64,000 nucleotides of DNA from Iphione sp. A-MEVVRFRX5 (GCA_976226885.1 OZ320316.1:17794001-17858000); one strand, 5' to 3'; positions 36,003 through 47,259 are shown, numbered from the stretch's first letter. The notes: generated by a model not told the origin, from the letters alone. Program-made: numbers and translations.

Positions 36003-37043
36003 ATGCAATGGCAGACAATTCTAAAAAAAGATAGCTGGCCATAACAATAATATGTCCTTGTTCTGTACATCTGTGAAAGACACGTCTACGGAATGGGGAG
36101 AGTACTGACCTGTGAGTCAACTAAGCTCAGACAGTGCCTTGGAATTCAATGTTTCTGGTAACATTACCAAGTACATGGACTTACAAAACACAACTGAAAA
36201 TCAAGTTTCAAATTCTTCAAGGCGATAGCAAAACACTACCAGCAATACCAGAGGCACCAAAACCTACTCCAAAAGCTGCCAAAGTAGGTCCAATCAACCT
36301 GTTTCTAAAAAAAACATGTGGTACTAATTAGATGTGTCTTCAACAACAAGCTGTTTCACCAAATATGGCAACACACCATCCCTACAAGGCTTATATCAAA
36401 ATTCTTCTGAATTATGGATGTGATGGCAAGGAATCACAACTGCAGTCCCAATTTTATTCCAAAGACACTAATGTAGATCCAGTGAATGGAAGCAATGCAG
36501 ATCTATGGAAAGTAAAATCATTGATATGGAGGGTGCAGTCTACATGGATATATATGTCTTGAATGCAGTTTAGGTCAGTTTTAAATTCTGGCAAAGTTCT
36601 AACCACCTAAAAAACTTGTTATTGGATTTGTGTCATCTGAGGGATTCATTTGAAACTACACAAAGAATCCATTCTTTTTCCAAACTTATAATTGTAACTT
36701 CATTGGTTTCTATGTAGATGGGAAGTCTATGTCTGAAGAACCACTGTGTCCTAATTATGTGGCAAAAAATTATTTATCCTCATATATGACACTGTTTGGA
36801 GATAATTCAAATTCTGGTAATTACATTTCAAGAGATGAATATTTAAAAGGCTATTGTTTATACATGTTTGATGTCTGTCAGAATAATTGTGACAAGTTTG
36901 TACAAAATGTAAGAAGGGGTCATACTAGACTAGAAGTAAAATTCTCTGACCCATTACCAGAAGCTGTAACTATGATCTTTGCTAAATTTCCAGGCATGTT
37001 GGAAATTCATCAGACCCATAATGTAGAAAATCATGTAATGTAG
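36003..37043 (+). pseudogene. Polinton major capsid protein (double jelly-roll type), frameshifted and internally deleted
   Basis: LEFNVSG..KYMDLQNT / LKIKFQI / VGPINLFL / HPYKAYIKILLNYG.DGKESQLQSQFYSKDT, and C-terminal SYMTLF..GNYISRDEYLKGYCLYMFD...RLEVKFSDPLPEAVT, spread over several frames. Confidence 0.85.
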
Positions 37044-37187
37044 CTCTGTGGATTAGCCATGTATTTGATGCTTTTATTGATTCTAGTAATATGAATTAGA
37101 ATGTAAACATGTTTCTAGATCAAATAAAGAAGAAAGAATGTCAATCATCGTTTTAATTTTTTCTGTACATAAGAACAAAATAAGTAA

Positions 37188-37511
37188 CTAAGCCAAGGTG
37201 ATAAAATCATTTTCAGGATTTATTTCATATACAACATTTGGTATTTCTCCTCTTTTGGGAATATTATTTTCCATATCATCATACAGTGGCTGCCACACTC
37301 CATAACAATAAAGAATAGATTGGGGTGGATCTTTCTCAAACATACCTGGCAAGTTCTGTAGCAATCGATAAGTCCAGTAAGTCTTTCCACTACCTGTGCA
37401 GCCAACAACACAGATACTAGATCTAGGTTTGAATGGTAACAAACTTTGCGTTTTCCACCACTCTTTGTTACACCCTTTGCCATCCCTGCTCTGAAGTGAT
37501 TCCTTTGACAT
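37188..37511 (-). pseudogene. Truncated second packaging ATPase (N-terminal third only)
   Basis: FKPRSSICVVGCTGSGKTYW (Walker A)...ILYCYGVWQPLY; no Walker B before the stop. Confidence 0.8.
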
Positions 37512-37610
37512 CCTGAATTCAACTACTGTGGTTTTACACTAGTACATTTCTTTTAAGGAAGAGAAACACATGGTTTGGTTTTGAAACATTTATTTCATCA
37601 TACATATCTT

Positions 37611-38987
37611 TCAACAATCACAATCTTCCACAGACTTCATCTTTTTCACATTTTCCATTGCTTTTTCAACAAGGTCATCATACATTGTGTCATTTGACTT
37701 TTTCTCTAACATCTCTTTTAACAAATCCACATTTTCTAGAACACGGTGAACCCAAAACTGACCATACTGAAGGGGTCTGAGATCTAGGATATGCCTACAT
37801 TCAACATACAAAGCCATAATAATAGCTTTAGTGATCTGCTGTTTGGCTTCATCTAGATGATGGAGAATTTTACTCTCCCATTCATCGAGACAACTTCCCA
37901 TACCCATGTGAGCCTCTTGTCCTTGTGCATCGATTTCACAACCAACACATGTTTCATGACTCAACCTTCCAATATCGTCTTGTAACAAGTGACATGCACA
38001 GTGAAGCATTAGTTTGAATGGACTCACATCATCTTCAGCAACATAGTCCCTTTGTGTTACCCTTCCAACAGCATCGGCATAATGTTTCTCAGTCTTCTCA
38101 TTCAGCAACATCTCTTTCAATATATCATCTTGATGAAGACAATTACGAGCTGTGCCTGCCACAAATATGTCTGGTGGCATATTCAATACTCTCCTGCATT
38201 CTGTATACAATGAAACAAGAGAAGAAACACACAGGGTTCTCTTTACATCACGGTAATGAAACTGCACCTTATGCTTCCATACATCTAGACAACCACCTTT
38301 AGATCTGTGGTCATCATCTTGCTTGAACACATCACATCCTGGACATGCTGCATTTGACATACGAGTGATACCTTTATGTAACATGTGATAGACACAATGT
38401 AACATCAACCTGTCTGAGCCTTGACCATTACCAGAAGGTATGATCTCCCTTCCTTCACCAGAACCTTCCATGGATCGCTCACATGCTGGTATCCGTTGTA
38501 GAAAGTCTTTCAACTGATCCCACTCACTAAATTTCAAAGCTATACCATGTCGAGTGGGAATTAAATCCTTTCCATTATCAAACAGCCTCGGTGAAAACTC
38601 ACGAATGTTCACACATCTGTACTGACTGTCCAAAGAGACGTACATGTCTCCCAGCAAATGAATCATCTCTCGAGAGACACACTCGTTATTGTCAATTTTC
38701 ACCAACACATCATCGATATCAGTCATTCGCTGCTCCAGGTTCAACCAGTTCTGTAGGGAAAGGGTCACTCCCTTCTCTGGGTGTGGTCGCCAGATATCTT
38801 GACTGACATCCTTCTCCCATAGTCGGATGGACAGTGTATTATTATGACAGGTCACCTTGACCCATCGATCCTTTCCAATATTGACACGTATAGGAGAATC
38901 AACGATGTCCTCGTCATTCGACACAGGTTCCGGTGACATTCTCTTGGGTGAACCTATCACAGCTTCAGTAGACATTGTGCGCTTCAT
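37611..38987 (-). CDS. 458-aa protein with two PC4-like ssDNA-binding domains and two copies of a ~125-aa Cys/His module
   Basis: IGKDRWVKV..SIRLW..KGVTLSLQNWLNL and YVSL..VNIREF..IPTRHGIALKFSEWDQL; the module MLHC...CxGC...H...CLD.W...LY.ECR..L...LKEML occurs twice. Predicted 5' UTR intron 38989-39144. Confidence 0.8.
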   Translation of the reverse strand: MKRTMSTEAVIGSPKRMSPEPVSNDEDIVDSPIRVNIGKDRWVKVTCHNNTLSIRLWEKDVSQDIWRPHPEKGVTLSLQNWLNLEQRMTDIDDVLVKIDNNECVSREMIHLLGDMYVSLDSQYRCVNIREFSPRLFDNGKDLIPTRHGIALKFSEWDQLKDFLQRIPACERSMEGSGEGREIIPSGNGQGSDRLMLHCVYHMLHKGITRMSNAACPGCDVFKQDDDHRSKGGCLDVWKHKVQFHYRDVKRTLCVSSLVSLYTECRRVLNMPPDIFVAGTARNCLHQDDILKEMLLNEKTEKHYADAVGRVTQRDYVAEDDVSPFKLMLHCACHLLQDDIGRLSHETCVGCEIDAQGQEAHMGMGSCLDEWESKILHHLDEAKQQITKAIIMALYVECRHILDLRPLQYGQFWVHRVLENVDLLKEMLEKKSNDTMYDDLVEKAMENVKKMKSVEDCDC

Positions 38988-39262
38988 TCTGAAAAAAAAT
39001 CAAATTCTGTAAGTACCAATACTATGTATATACCAACGTATAGCAATTTGATCAATATGACAAAATGCAAATTCTGTAAGTACCAATACTATATATATAT
39101 GCCAACGTATAGCAATTTGATCAATATGACAAAATGCAACTTACCTGAATTGAATATGGCTGTCTGTTGAAGACTGTCGTACCTGTATCACACTCCATAT
39201 TATATGGTCCTAACTCATTTGCATATTACCCAGAATGCAATTACCCAGAATGCACGACAGAT

Positions 39263-39358
39263 AGGGAGCACTGATGGTGGGGCTAAAAATCGATCTGACC
39301 CAGGTGGGGTTTAAAGTACACCCCCCAGTGGGGCTATTGCTACTATACTGCTGCTGCT
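39263..39358 (-). repeat. Right TIR of the Polinton-type element
   Basis: Exact reverse complement of the left TIR plus one extra AGC unit. Confidence 0.97.
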
Positions 39359-40999
39359 CCCTGTGATCTGGTCTTCAATTGAGAGTCGACTCTACTACGT
39401 AAATGGAACTCCAGTGAGGTCCTTATACGTAGAGTGAGAATGGCTGCAGACAAGAGCACACACAGTAGACCGTGACAACACGAGAAGAGCAGTTCTCATT
39501 TCTCAATGCATTCGCCTGAATGTATGTATGTATGTATATATGTATGTATCTGTGGTGTATAATATGTAACCATGCATTTCATAACTGCATCTCATCTTAC
39601 AGAAAGTAACTGACAGCAAAGCCCGGCATTATGTAAAGGTTATCCGGTATGTAAACACTAAATAACAAAAACAAAGCATCTCGGTGATTTGTGGTATATG
39701 GTTTCGGTCCTCTGTAGATGGCGCGGGGTGGCGGGGGGGGGCGGGATTCCGTGAGGGATGACCTTAATACACGCTTCGACACAGACACACACACACACAC
39801 ACACACACACAATAAGGCGTGCGCGGTGGCGGTGGTGGTGGTGTCTGTAGCAATGTGCATAGACCAGTTTTGTGAGGGGAAATCCCCACCACTGACGGCC
39901 ATCCTGTTTCCTGTCCCAGTCATGGTCCCTAATTGAAGGCTACTCCATAATTTTGACTAAAAACCTCACTATTTTCCCTGCAATGATCTTTTTTGAAAAC
40001 TGGCAATCTAGTAGATGAGGCCATACTCTATCATTCAAGTTTGAAGCAAGTTTCTGTCTTATATTTTTCCATTTTTAGAAATGCTAGAGATTTCTTAAGA
40101 GGATATTTCTAAAAATTGGTGTCTCGTTGCTAGTGCCTGCCAGTGGACGATGGTATTTGGAAAATCCCATGGTTTACATGGACATATATTCTAATATATT
40201 TAAATAAGTATAATTACGGGCTAGAGATCTTGCCTCGTCATTCATCCTAATATAGCTGATGAGAATGGGAATTCCCACTGTACAATGTTTAGGAGGAACG
40301 CCCGAAGAACTAGCAATAGTGCGTGCGAAGGACAACAGGGGGAAAACCTGAATTATATAAAAAAGAAAAAAAAGAAAGAAAAGAAAACAAAGAAAGAAAA
40401 GAAAAAGAAAAAGAAAAAAAAGGAAAAAAACCCAGTCAAATCGGAGCCTCCAACAGGAGAATATCTTGTTTAATGCTGTCGTCATGGGTCGGAGTGGCTG
40501 GCGAAGGCAAAATCGCCCAAATTCCCAGTATGACCTCACTAATTTTGTTACCCAATGTTACCATCTTCTCCTGAACTGATAATGCTTGTAAAATACTATG
40601 AAGACGTCCCGCGGAAAGTATTGGAAGTAAACTAAATATGACAATGATACATGTGCGTGAATTCTTCCCTGAACTTGACCCCAGAAGTGCATTTTCTACA
40701 ATATCTTAGCACATGAGAATGCAATTTTAATCTTCCACAGAACAGTTTAGTAAACACTCAAATCTTTCATTATTCAAACTTGATATGACCTCTATTTAAT
40801 TGCAGCGAGTGGTCGTAAGCCTAGAGAAAATTATATTTCTATAATGACACAGAACGGCACTTAATTATATTCCCTAAGTAACACAATATAGCAGCTCGAG
40901 CTTGTATTCCTTCGGGAATATTTAAATAAATTTCCAAATGTTAAAATTTTTTTAAAAACGTGTTTATTCGATGTATTCACCTTCCATAGCCACCACAAC

Positions 41000-41230
41000 C
41001 CAGCCAAGCGGAACACTGAAGTCAGGACGAGCCGCCGTTCTCTCACTTCTGATGCACTGGGAAGTCCAGGAGGTGGGGGATCACGTGCTACCGACCGACC
41101 GACCGACCGGCCGAATGAAGTCGACTTCTAAATGACAACACACCTTGGCGTAGCATCACAGCGCGGAGTTCTTCGAGAAGTACGCATGGTGCTGTGACGT
41201 TCGCTTGCAAAGGGTGTCCTTCGGACAGAG
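41000..41230 (+). other. Possible 5' non-coding exon (CpG-rich, strong donor GAG|GTAAGA), perhaps of the NLR gene
   Basis: CpG-rich stretch ending at a consensus donor; the NLR ATG at 47842 directly follows an acceptor, so an upstream exon is expected. Confidence 0.3.
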
Positions 41231-41308
41231 GTAAGATAATCCTTCCTGTGATAATTGTGTACATAGGCCACTCACAAGTACTACTTTCTACGTGTTTACC
41301 TCACAGTC

Positions 41309-41642
41309 CAGGCCCGTAGCCAAGAGGTTTTCTGGGGGGTATCGGACGATGCCCCCAATACCTGAGAGGTGGAACTAATATGTGTGTATTCCTATCAAGG
41401 CCTATAGTTATAAATGTCTATGGGGGCATCGGACGATACCTCCAATATCCCCTTGGCTACGGGCCTGCAGTCCAGGCCGGTAGCCAAGGGGGTATCTGGG
41501 GTATCGTCCGATACCCCCCCCCCAAACATTAATACCAACAAGCTTTCATAGAGGTAAAAATAAATTAGTTCCACCTTTTGGGTTATTGGGGGTATCTTCC
41601 GATAACACCCCCCCGGCCGAAAACCTCCTGGCTACGGGCCTG
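41309..41642. mobile_element. Two adjacent MITE family A copies (41309-41467 and 41473-41642)
   Basis: CAGGCCCGTAGCCA...TGGCTACGGGCCTG twice; the first copy is flanked by CAGTC on both sides. Confidence 0.9.
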
Positions 41643-42070
41643 CGTACATGTATACATGTATATATGAAATGTTCCCAGGTAAGGGATTTATAGTGAGACG
41701 ACACTGTGTCAATCCCTCCCTCCTGAGGGGTATATTGCATGCACAAGTACGGATCATTCTGAGGTGTTGTGATCTACCTTAAAGCTTGACTGTGTGGGAC
41801 TCTGTACATAGTACCCCAGAGTGAACGAACAAAGACACGGCAGACTGTGAAAGACACTGGAACCATCCCTAGATCCAATCACATCCACTGCCCATTAATA
41901 AAAGCAGGGTCTATTCCTGACTTGACTGTCCATTTATAACTCGTTTGGTAGAAATAGTAATGGGAAATTAATATTTCAGAGCACGATTCAGAGTTGTGTA
42001 GATGGGAGTATTTTTTTCCCCGGAACGTCCGTCTCGTCCAAGCGTAATTACACGTTTATGCGTTCAGGAG

Positions 42071-42270
42071 CAGGCCCGTAGCCAGGAAGTTTTCTGGGGG
42101 GTATCGGAAGATACCCCCGATACCCCACAGGTGGAATTAATTTAATTTTTCCTCTATGGACACCTGTTGGCATTAATGTTTTGGGGAGGTATCGGACGAT
42201 AATGGTCGTTCACCAGAAGTTCCACCTCTCTATTTTCAACCCCCCCCCCTCAACAAAGATTCCTAGCTAC
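42071..42270. mobile_element. MITE family A, right end eroded
   Basis: CAGGCCCGTAGCCAGG...GGGGTATCGGAAGATACCCCCG. Confidence 0.75.
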
Positions 42271-42770
42271 TAATATTAGGAACAAATTGTGACATTGACG
42301 ATCCGGTGATCAGGTTCCTGCTTCTGCTCCCGGGATTCTCCTACCGTAGATGGTTTCTATATCCCTTTATGTGCCCAATTTGGGCCAATTTCACACCGCC
42401 CTCGAGTGTTCGGTAGTAGATCTACGGAGAGGGCCGTCTTTTCGCAACAACCTTTAAATCACCTAGTTTTGTGAACTGTAGTACAAAGCCTCCTTTTTAG
42501 GTGAGTCTGTCATAGGTGAGTGTCTGTAGTGGTCAAGAGGAGGCCCTAGACATGAAAGAGAGGGTTGGCGTATGATTCTGGAGTCTTTTTGTCCGTAGTA
42601 AGGTTTGACCGCTATGTCCAGTTGTATATGCTAACTGATGTTCCACTGTACATGCTAACACAGTTTACTAAATACGGGCAGAAGTCAGGTCTTATGAACG
42701 TGAGGATGGAGAATCTGTTTAAAACAAAGATATGTGTGCTGGTTTGAAAGGACTGGATTATTATGAAGTG

Positions 42771-42914
42771 CAGTGTCTCCTCGGTCTAAGACCGCCTCTC
42801 TAATCAGACCACCTCCCTAATAAGACCGCTTTTACCCCTCTCTAATAAGACCACTCCCTATTCAGATAACTTGAGGTAAGAACCAATGGTGGTCTTATCA
42901 GCGAGGGGACACTG
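42771..42914. mobile_element. Tc1/mariner-type MITE
   Basis: CAGTGTCTCCTCGGTCTAAGACC...GGTCTTATCAGCGAGGGGACACTG|TA. Confidence 0.7.
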
Positions 42915-43280
42915 TATCCTTCCTATAACCTTGTTAAAGATTAACATCATTGAGGCATTTACGAATAGCATTTTTGCCAAAAGGGACACTTTTTAATGAT
43001 CGTTTCATGACCCTACTGTGTTACAAACTTGTTATAATGCTTGTGACTAAAGACCTGTCCGGGAAAACCCAGCCTTAAACCAGCTACATGCAGTCTTCAT
43101 GTATGACTACGCAGTAACGAGTTTGCCTCAGGAAAATGGCGTCCTCCTACACCTGCCAGTTAGTGAGACACGATTGCCCAGCAGGTGATGGGAAGAACAG
43201 CTGCAAATGTGGGTGCCACTCGTGAGTTGCAGATAACATTAAAGCCCTGAAAAATATCCTAATTGTAGCCAACACATTTG

Positions 43281-43461
43281 CAGGCCCCTAGCCAAGGGGG
43301 TATCAGGGGTAGTGTCTGACAACCCCCACCCACCCACCCACCCACCCACCAAAAGGCCAGTATAGTTCCACCTCTGTAACCAGGAGGTCCACCTCTCTAA
43401 CCAGGAGTTCAACATCTCTAATTTCAGATACCTCCTGGGAAAATCCCTGGTTGCGGGCCTG
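43281..43461. mobile_element. MITE family A copy
   Basis: CAGGCCCCTAGCCA...TGGTTGCGGGCCTG; flanks ATTTG/ATTTC. Confidence 0.85.
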
Positions 43462-43481
43462 ATTTCTGGCGGTAATTATCA

Positions 43482-43515
<34 letters not shown>

Positions 43516-44372
43516 GGTATACGTTTCACGATAAATGCAGGACAATGTACTTCGTGTTTTTTATAGTTGTTTAACACGAAACATTTTCTCCGCAGATGTT
43601 TGTCTGACGTTACCACTTCAATAAAAACGTCTCACTGGGACCTGCAATACAGTACCGACGCACTAGTCTGTCGGGATCGGGAATAAGGAAGTGTGCTCGG
43701 CGCCCCCCCCCCCCCCCCACTTTCTCAGAGCGACGTTTAGATAAATGTTCCTGTATGGCGTGCCATTCGTGTTTCGACTATCGAAGGTCGGGTGGTGTAT
43801 GCAGAGGGAGTAGGCACATCAGCCATTTTTATGTAGAGGGACTTTGTGAGCTAATATCAAAAACAAAACGTACAAAACGAAAGTTCCGACGAAGGTAGTC
43901 GATAACTTTATATACCATTGTACGTATTCGTCTTAGAGACAGAACTGCCAAGATGAAACTATACTGTGGTCCTTAGTAGGTTGTAACGTGACCTGGTCTG
44001 TTGAGTAGTAGGACCATACTTCAAAGGTAGCCAATGGAATAACCAAGGCCCGCATAGAAAAATCGAGTTTACTCCATGTGCAGAACTCTGCTGGGTGCAA
44101 TTCTCTCTACATGTGCAGTGAGAGAATGTCTGTTTATTCACAACGATTGCGTAATACAGTGTTGCACAAGGTATACAATGCATCTTCTATTTTGTAATAC
44201 CCAATCTGACTTTCCAATCAGAACTAGATATTGGGATTGTTCGCCTCGGAATTTCCATCTCGGAACTCAGCATCGGAATTACTTGATACTGGAACCAACG
44301 GTACGTGGATCCCAGACAGATATGACACCAATTTACTCATTTTAGGGACTCTACTAGGACTCCGTCCATTAA

Positions 44373-47259
44373 CCCATTCCAGGCGGCCGATGCCCAGAGG
44401 CACTCCCGGGCGTAATACTGAGAATGCCTATAAGCACTCCCGTACAAAAGACGGAAGATGCCTTGAGGCATCTTTTTAGTGTTTATTTTTTTAAATGAAG
44501 ATTATAAATAGAAATAATTGTTGTAATTTCGTGATTTTTGGAGGGTATTTAGGAAAGACATTAAAGTTTATTATATGTTAATTCCAATGAGAAATAACGA
44601 GATTTTTGTATTATTTTGGACGCTGCAACATACTCAGCTATCCCTCTGCTGTCATATGTAGCGAGCTGCTCTGACGTTCATTCATTGAGAGAGGTCCAAG
44701 GAACTCGTGAAAACAAGAGAAATGGCAGACCAGTTTTCTGATACAGATGAAGAATGGGAGGACGATTTTCCTCTTTCCACAATACGAATTCTTGACAGAA
44801 TAGAAAATTGCATGGGAGCAGACCATTGTGAAGATAGTGATAGTTCAGGTGAATCAGATGAGGAAAGCGCGAAGACTGCTGCATCCGCTGAGCAGCAGAC
44901 AACAACGGGGGAGCGAAAATGGGTGCGTATCACTGGAAACATCAAGAAAACACCAGAATTGCAGGAATTTGACGATGAAAATTGTGGAATACAACCAATT
45001 GTGGATAGAGAGAAGACAAAGTCAGTATCTGATTTTTTCAGGGTCTTTTTCACTGTCGAATTCATCACTGAACTGGTAAACAGAACTAACGCCTATGCTC
45101 AGCGTCAACGTACCGCGCATCCCGCGGGACATAAAGGCAGGTGGTATCTGACAACAATCCAGGAATTGACGCGCTTCTTAGGGCTCACGTTCATTATGGG
45201 CATCATAAGGAAGCCAGACTTGAAGGGATATTGGACGATCATAGAGGAATTTGCCACCCCTTTCTTCAATAAAGCCATGCCAAGAGACAGATTCATTCAG
45301 ATACTACGGTAAGTAAAAAAAAAAACAATAAAAAATGAGCTTCCAACGTTTTTCTATGGTGACAATGCATACAATTCTCGTAAACATAAAATTTGTGGAG
45401 ATTCATGATGGAATGGAATGAATTTCGATCAAATTATTAAATTGGATTCATTCTTCGTTATTCCAGCTATATCAATTTCGCAGCCCCGAGCGGTGATACC
45501 GACCCAGCGCAACCTGGAACATCTACGGATACACCCCCAGACCAGACCACAGGCCCAATGAGCAAAGTCAGTTGGCTATTTGATTCATTCAATAAGATAG
45601 CCACTATGGTATACAAGCCTCAGAGAGACCTTGCTATAGACGAATCTATGGTCAAACACAAAGGGCGTTGCAAATTTCTCCAATACATGCCAAAGAAACC
45701 GTCAAAATGGGGCCTCAAGTGCTGGCTCTTAGCAGAAAGCAGAACTGGTGAGTATTTGTAATAATATAATTTCATATAATTTTATAACGTTTGGGTCTAG
45801 TGGATCGAGGGTTTACTTGTAAAATCAATTCTGATACCATTTCAATCTGTAAAAAATCGAAACAACTGAGCATATATCTATTATTTTCTGACAGGATACA
45901 TTTTACGGATGGACCCCTATTTTGGGAGAGAGGATCGAGGTGGACAGTCTCTCTATGAGCATGTCGTTATGAAACTTCTACGTGGAGCTGATGTCCTGGG
46001 CAAGTGTCACCGGTTATATGTTGACAATTACTATACGTCTGTATCCATGTTTGAAAAGCTAGCTGCATTTGGTATATTCTGCTGTGGGACTCTAAGACTC
46101 AATAGGTTAGGATTGCCAAAATCCCTAATGGTGAAAAAACATGCATCTCTGAAAAGTAGAGGAGACTGCATTTTTTCTAAGTGTGGCCAACTAGTGCTTT
46201 GTGTATGGAAAGATCGGAGACTGGTGCATCTATTATCCTCAATTCATGGTACTATCATGTCTGCAGTGAAACGTGTGATGCAACAACCTGACAGTGGCAA
46301 ATTTGCTAAGAGTGATGTTCCCTGTCCTGTAGCCATAAAAGATTATTCCAAGAACATGGGTGCGGTCGATTTAGCAGACCAAATGTACCAGTACTACTGT
46401 TTTGGGAGAAAAAGCAAAAAATGGACAAAAAAGCTTTTTTGGTTTATTTTAGAAATCATGAAGCTAAATGCATTCGTTATGTACAACACTATGGCATCCA
46501 AAAAAATTACCCTCCTAGACTTCTCATACAAACTTGTGATGTCACTGATGTCCATGCAAGATGTATCAGTAAGGCACGAGCAAATTGTACAATCTAATAG
46601 GGATAGACTGACAAAACGCTGCATGCCAGCAGATCTCTATAGAAAATCATTCTGTAGAGTCTGTTATCACCGTGTAAGGGTTGGTATTCAGCTGACAAGG
46701 AAGCAGACACGATATGGATGTAAGAGCTGTAATGTTCATCTTTGCATGCCGCATTGCTTTACAGTATATCATACTGTCAGCGACTATACATCGATCCAAT
46801 GTGAGGAGTAGCTATTTCCAAGAAAAATACAGTCAAATGTTGGAATCCAAAAAAAAAAGACATATTAAATCAATAAACCCCTTGAACACTTCAACTTACC
46901 TTTTTGTCTTGTTAATTTCCTAAAAAATATATTTCTCCATAGCATTACACGTGTATATCCGATTACGTAATAGGTTATCCGCTCGGTAATAATCCTGAAT
47001 GTGAGAGAAATACGAATAATTCCAGCTATATCCATACCAAGATGAAATCTGTAATTCCTCCTAAATAGATAATTCACAATGTCTATAGATGACATATCCA
47101 AAATAATTCCATTTCCAGAGAAATATCTAGTCCGGTGACGCTCCGCGCTTTGCATAACGTAATAGTAAAGTTGGGGTGCCGCCCTCTATAGGAAAGCGGT
47201 AGCATTAGGGCGCGCCGTGACGTTATGTCATGAAACGATAGGGGGCCGCCTGGAATGGG
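44373..47259 (+). mobile_element. piggyBac DNA transposon, full length (2887 bp)
   Basis: TTAA|CCCATTCCAGGCGGCC...GGCCGCCTGGAATGGG|TTAA: perfect 16-bp TIRs and a TTAA TSD. Confidence 0.97.
44722..46811 (+). CDS. piggyBac transposase; join(44722..45308,45467..45747,45895..46811), 594 aa
   Basis: Catalytic triad in IDESM, VDNYYTS and GAVDLADQ; C-terminal CRVC...CKSCNVHLC..HCF..YH Cys-rich domain. Two GT-AG introns (phase 2, phase 1) give an open frame. Confidence 0.93.

Larger units (their letters stand above)
31159..39358. mobile_element. Polinton/Maverick-type element, internally deleted (8200 bp), no pPolB or integrase
   Basis: Identical 93-bp TIRs (31159-31251 and 39263-39355, plus one extra GCT at the right end), termini AGCAGCAGT, 6-bp TSD CCCTGT (31153-31158 and 39359-39364). 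Contains Polinton-type packaging ATPase and capsid sequences. Confidence 0.93.

Noticed and set aside
40285-40574. Lys-rich and Phe/Leu-rich ORFs
   Set aside because: Produced by an A-rich low-complexity tract (40358-40430); no domain recognised.
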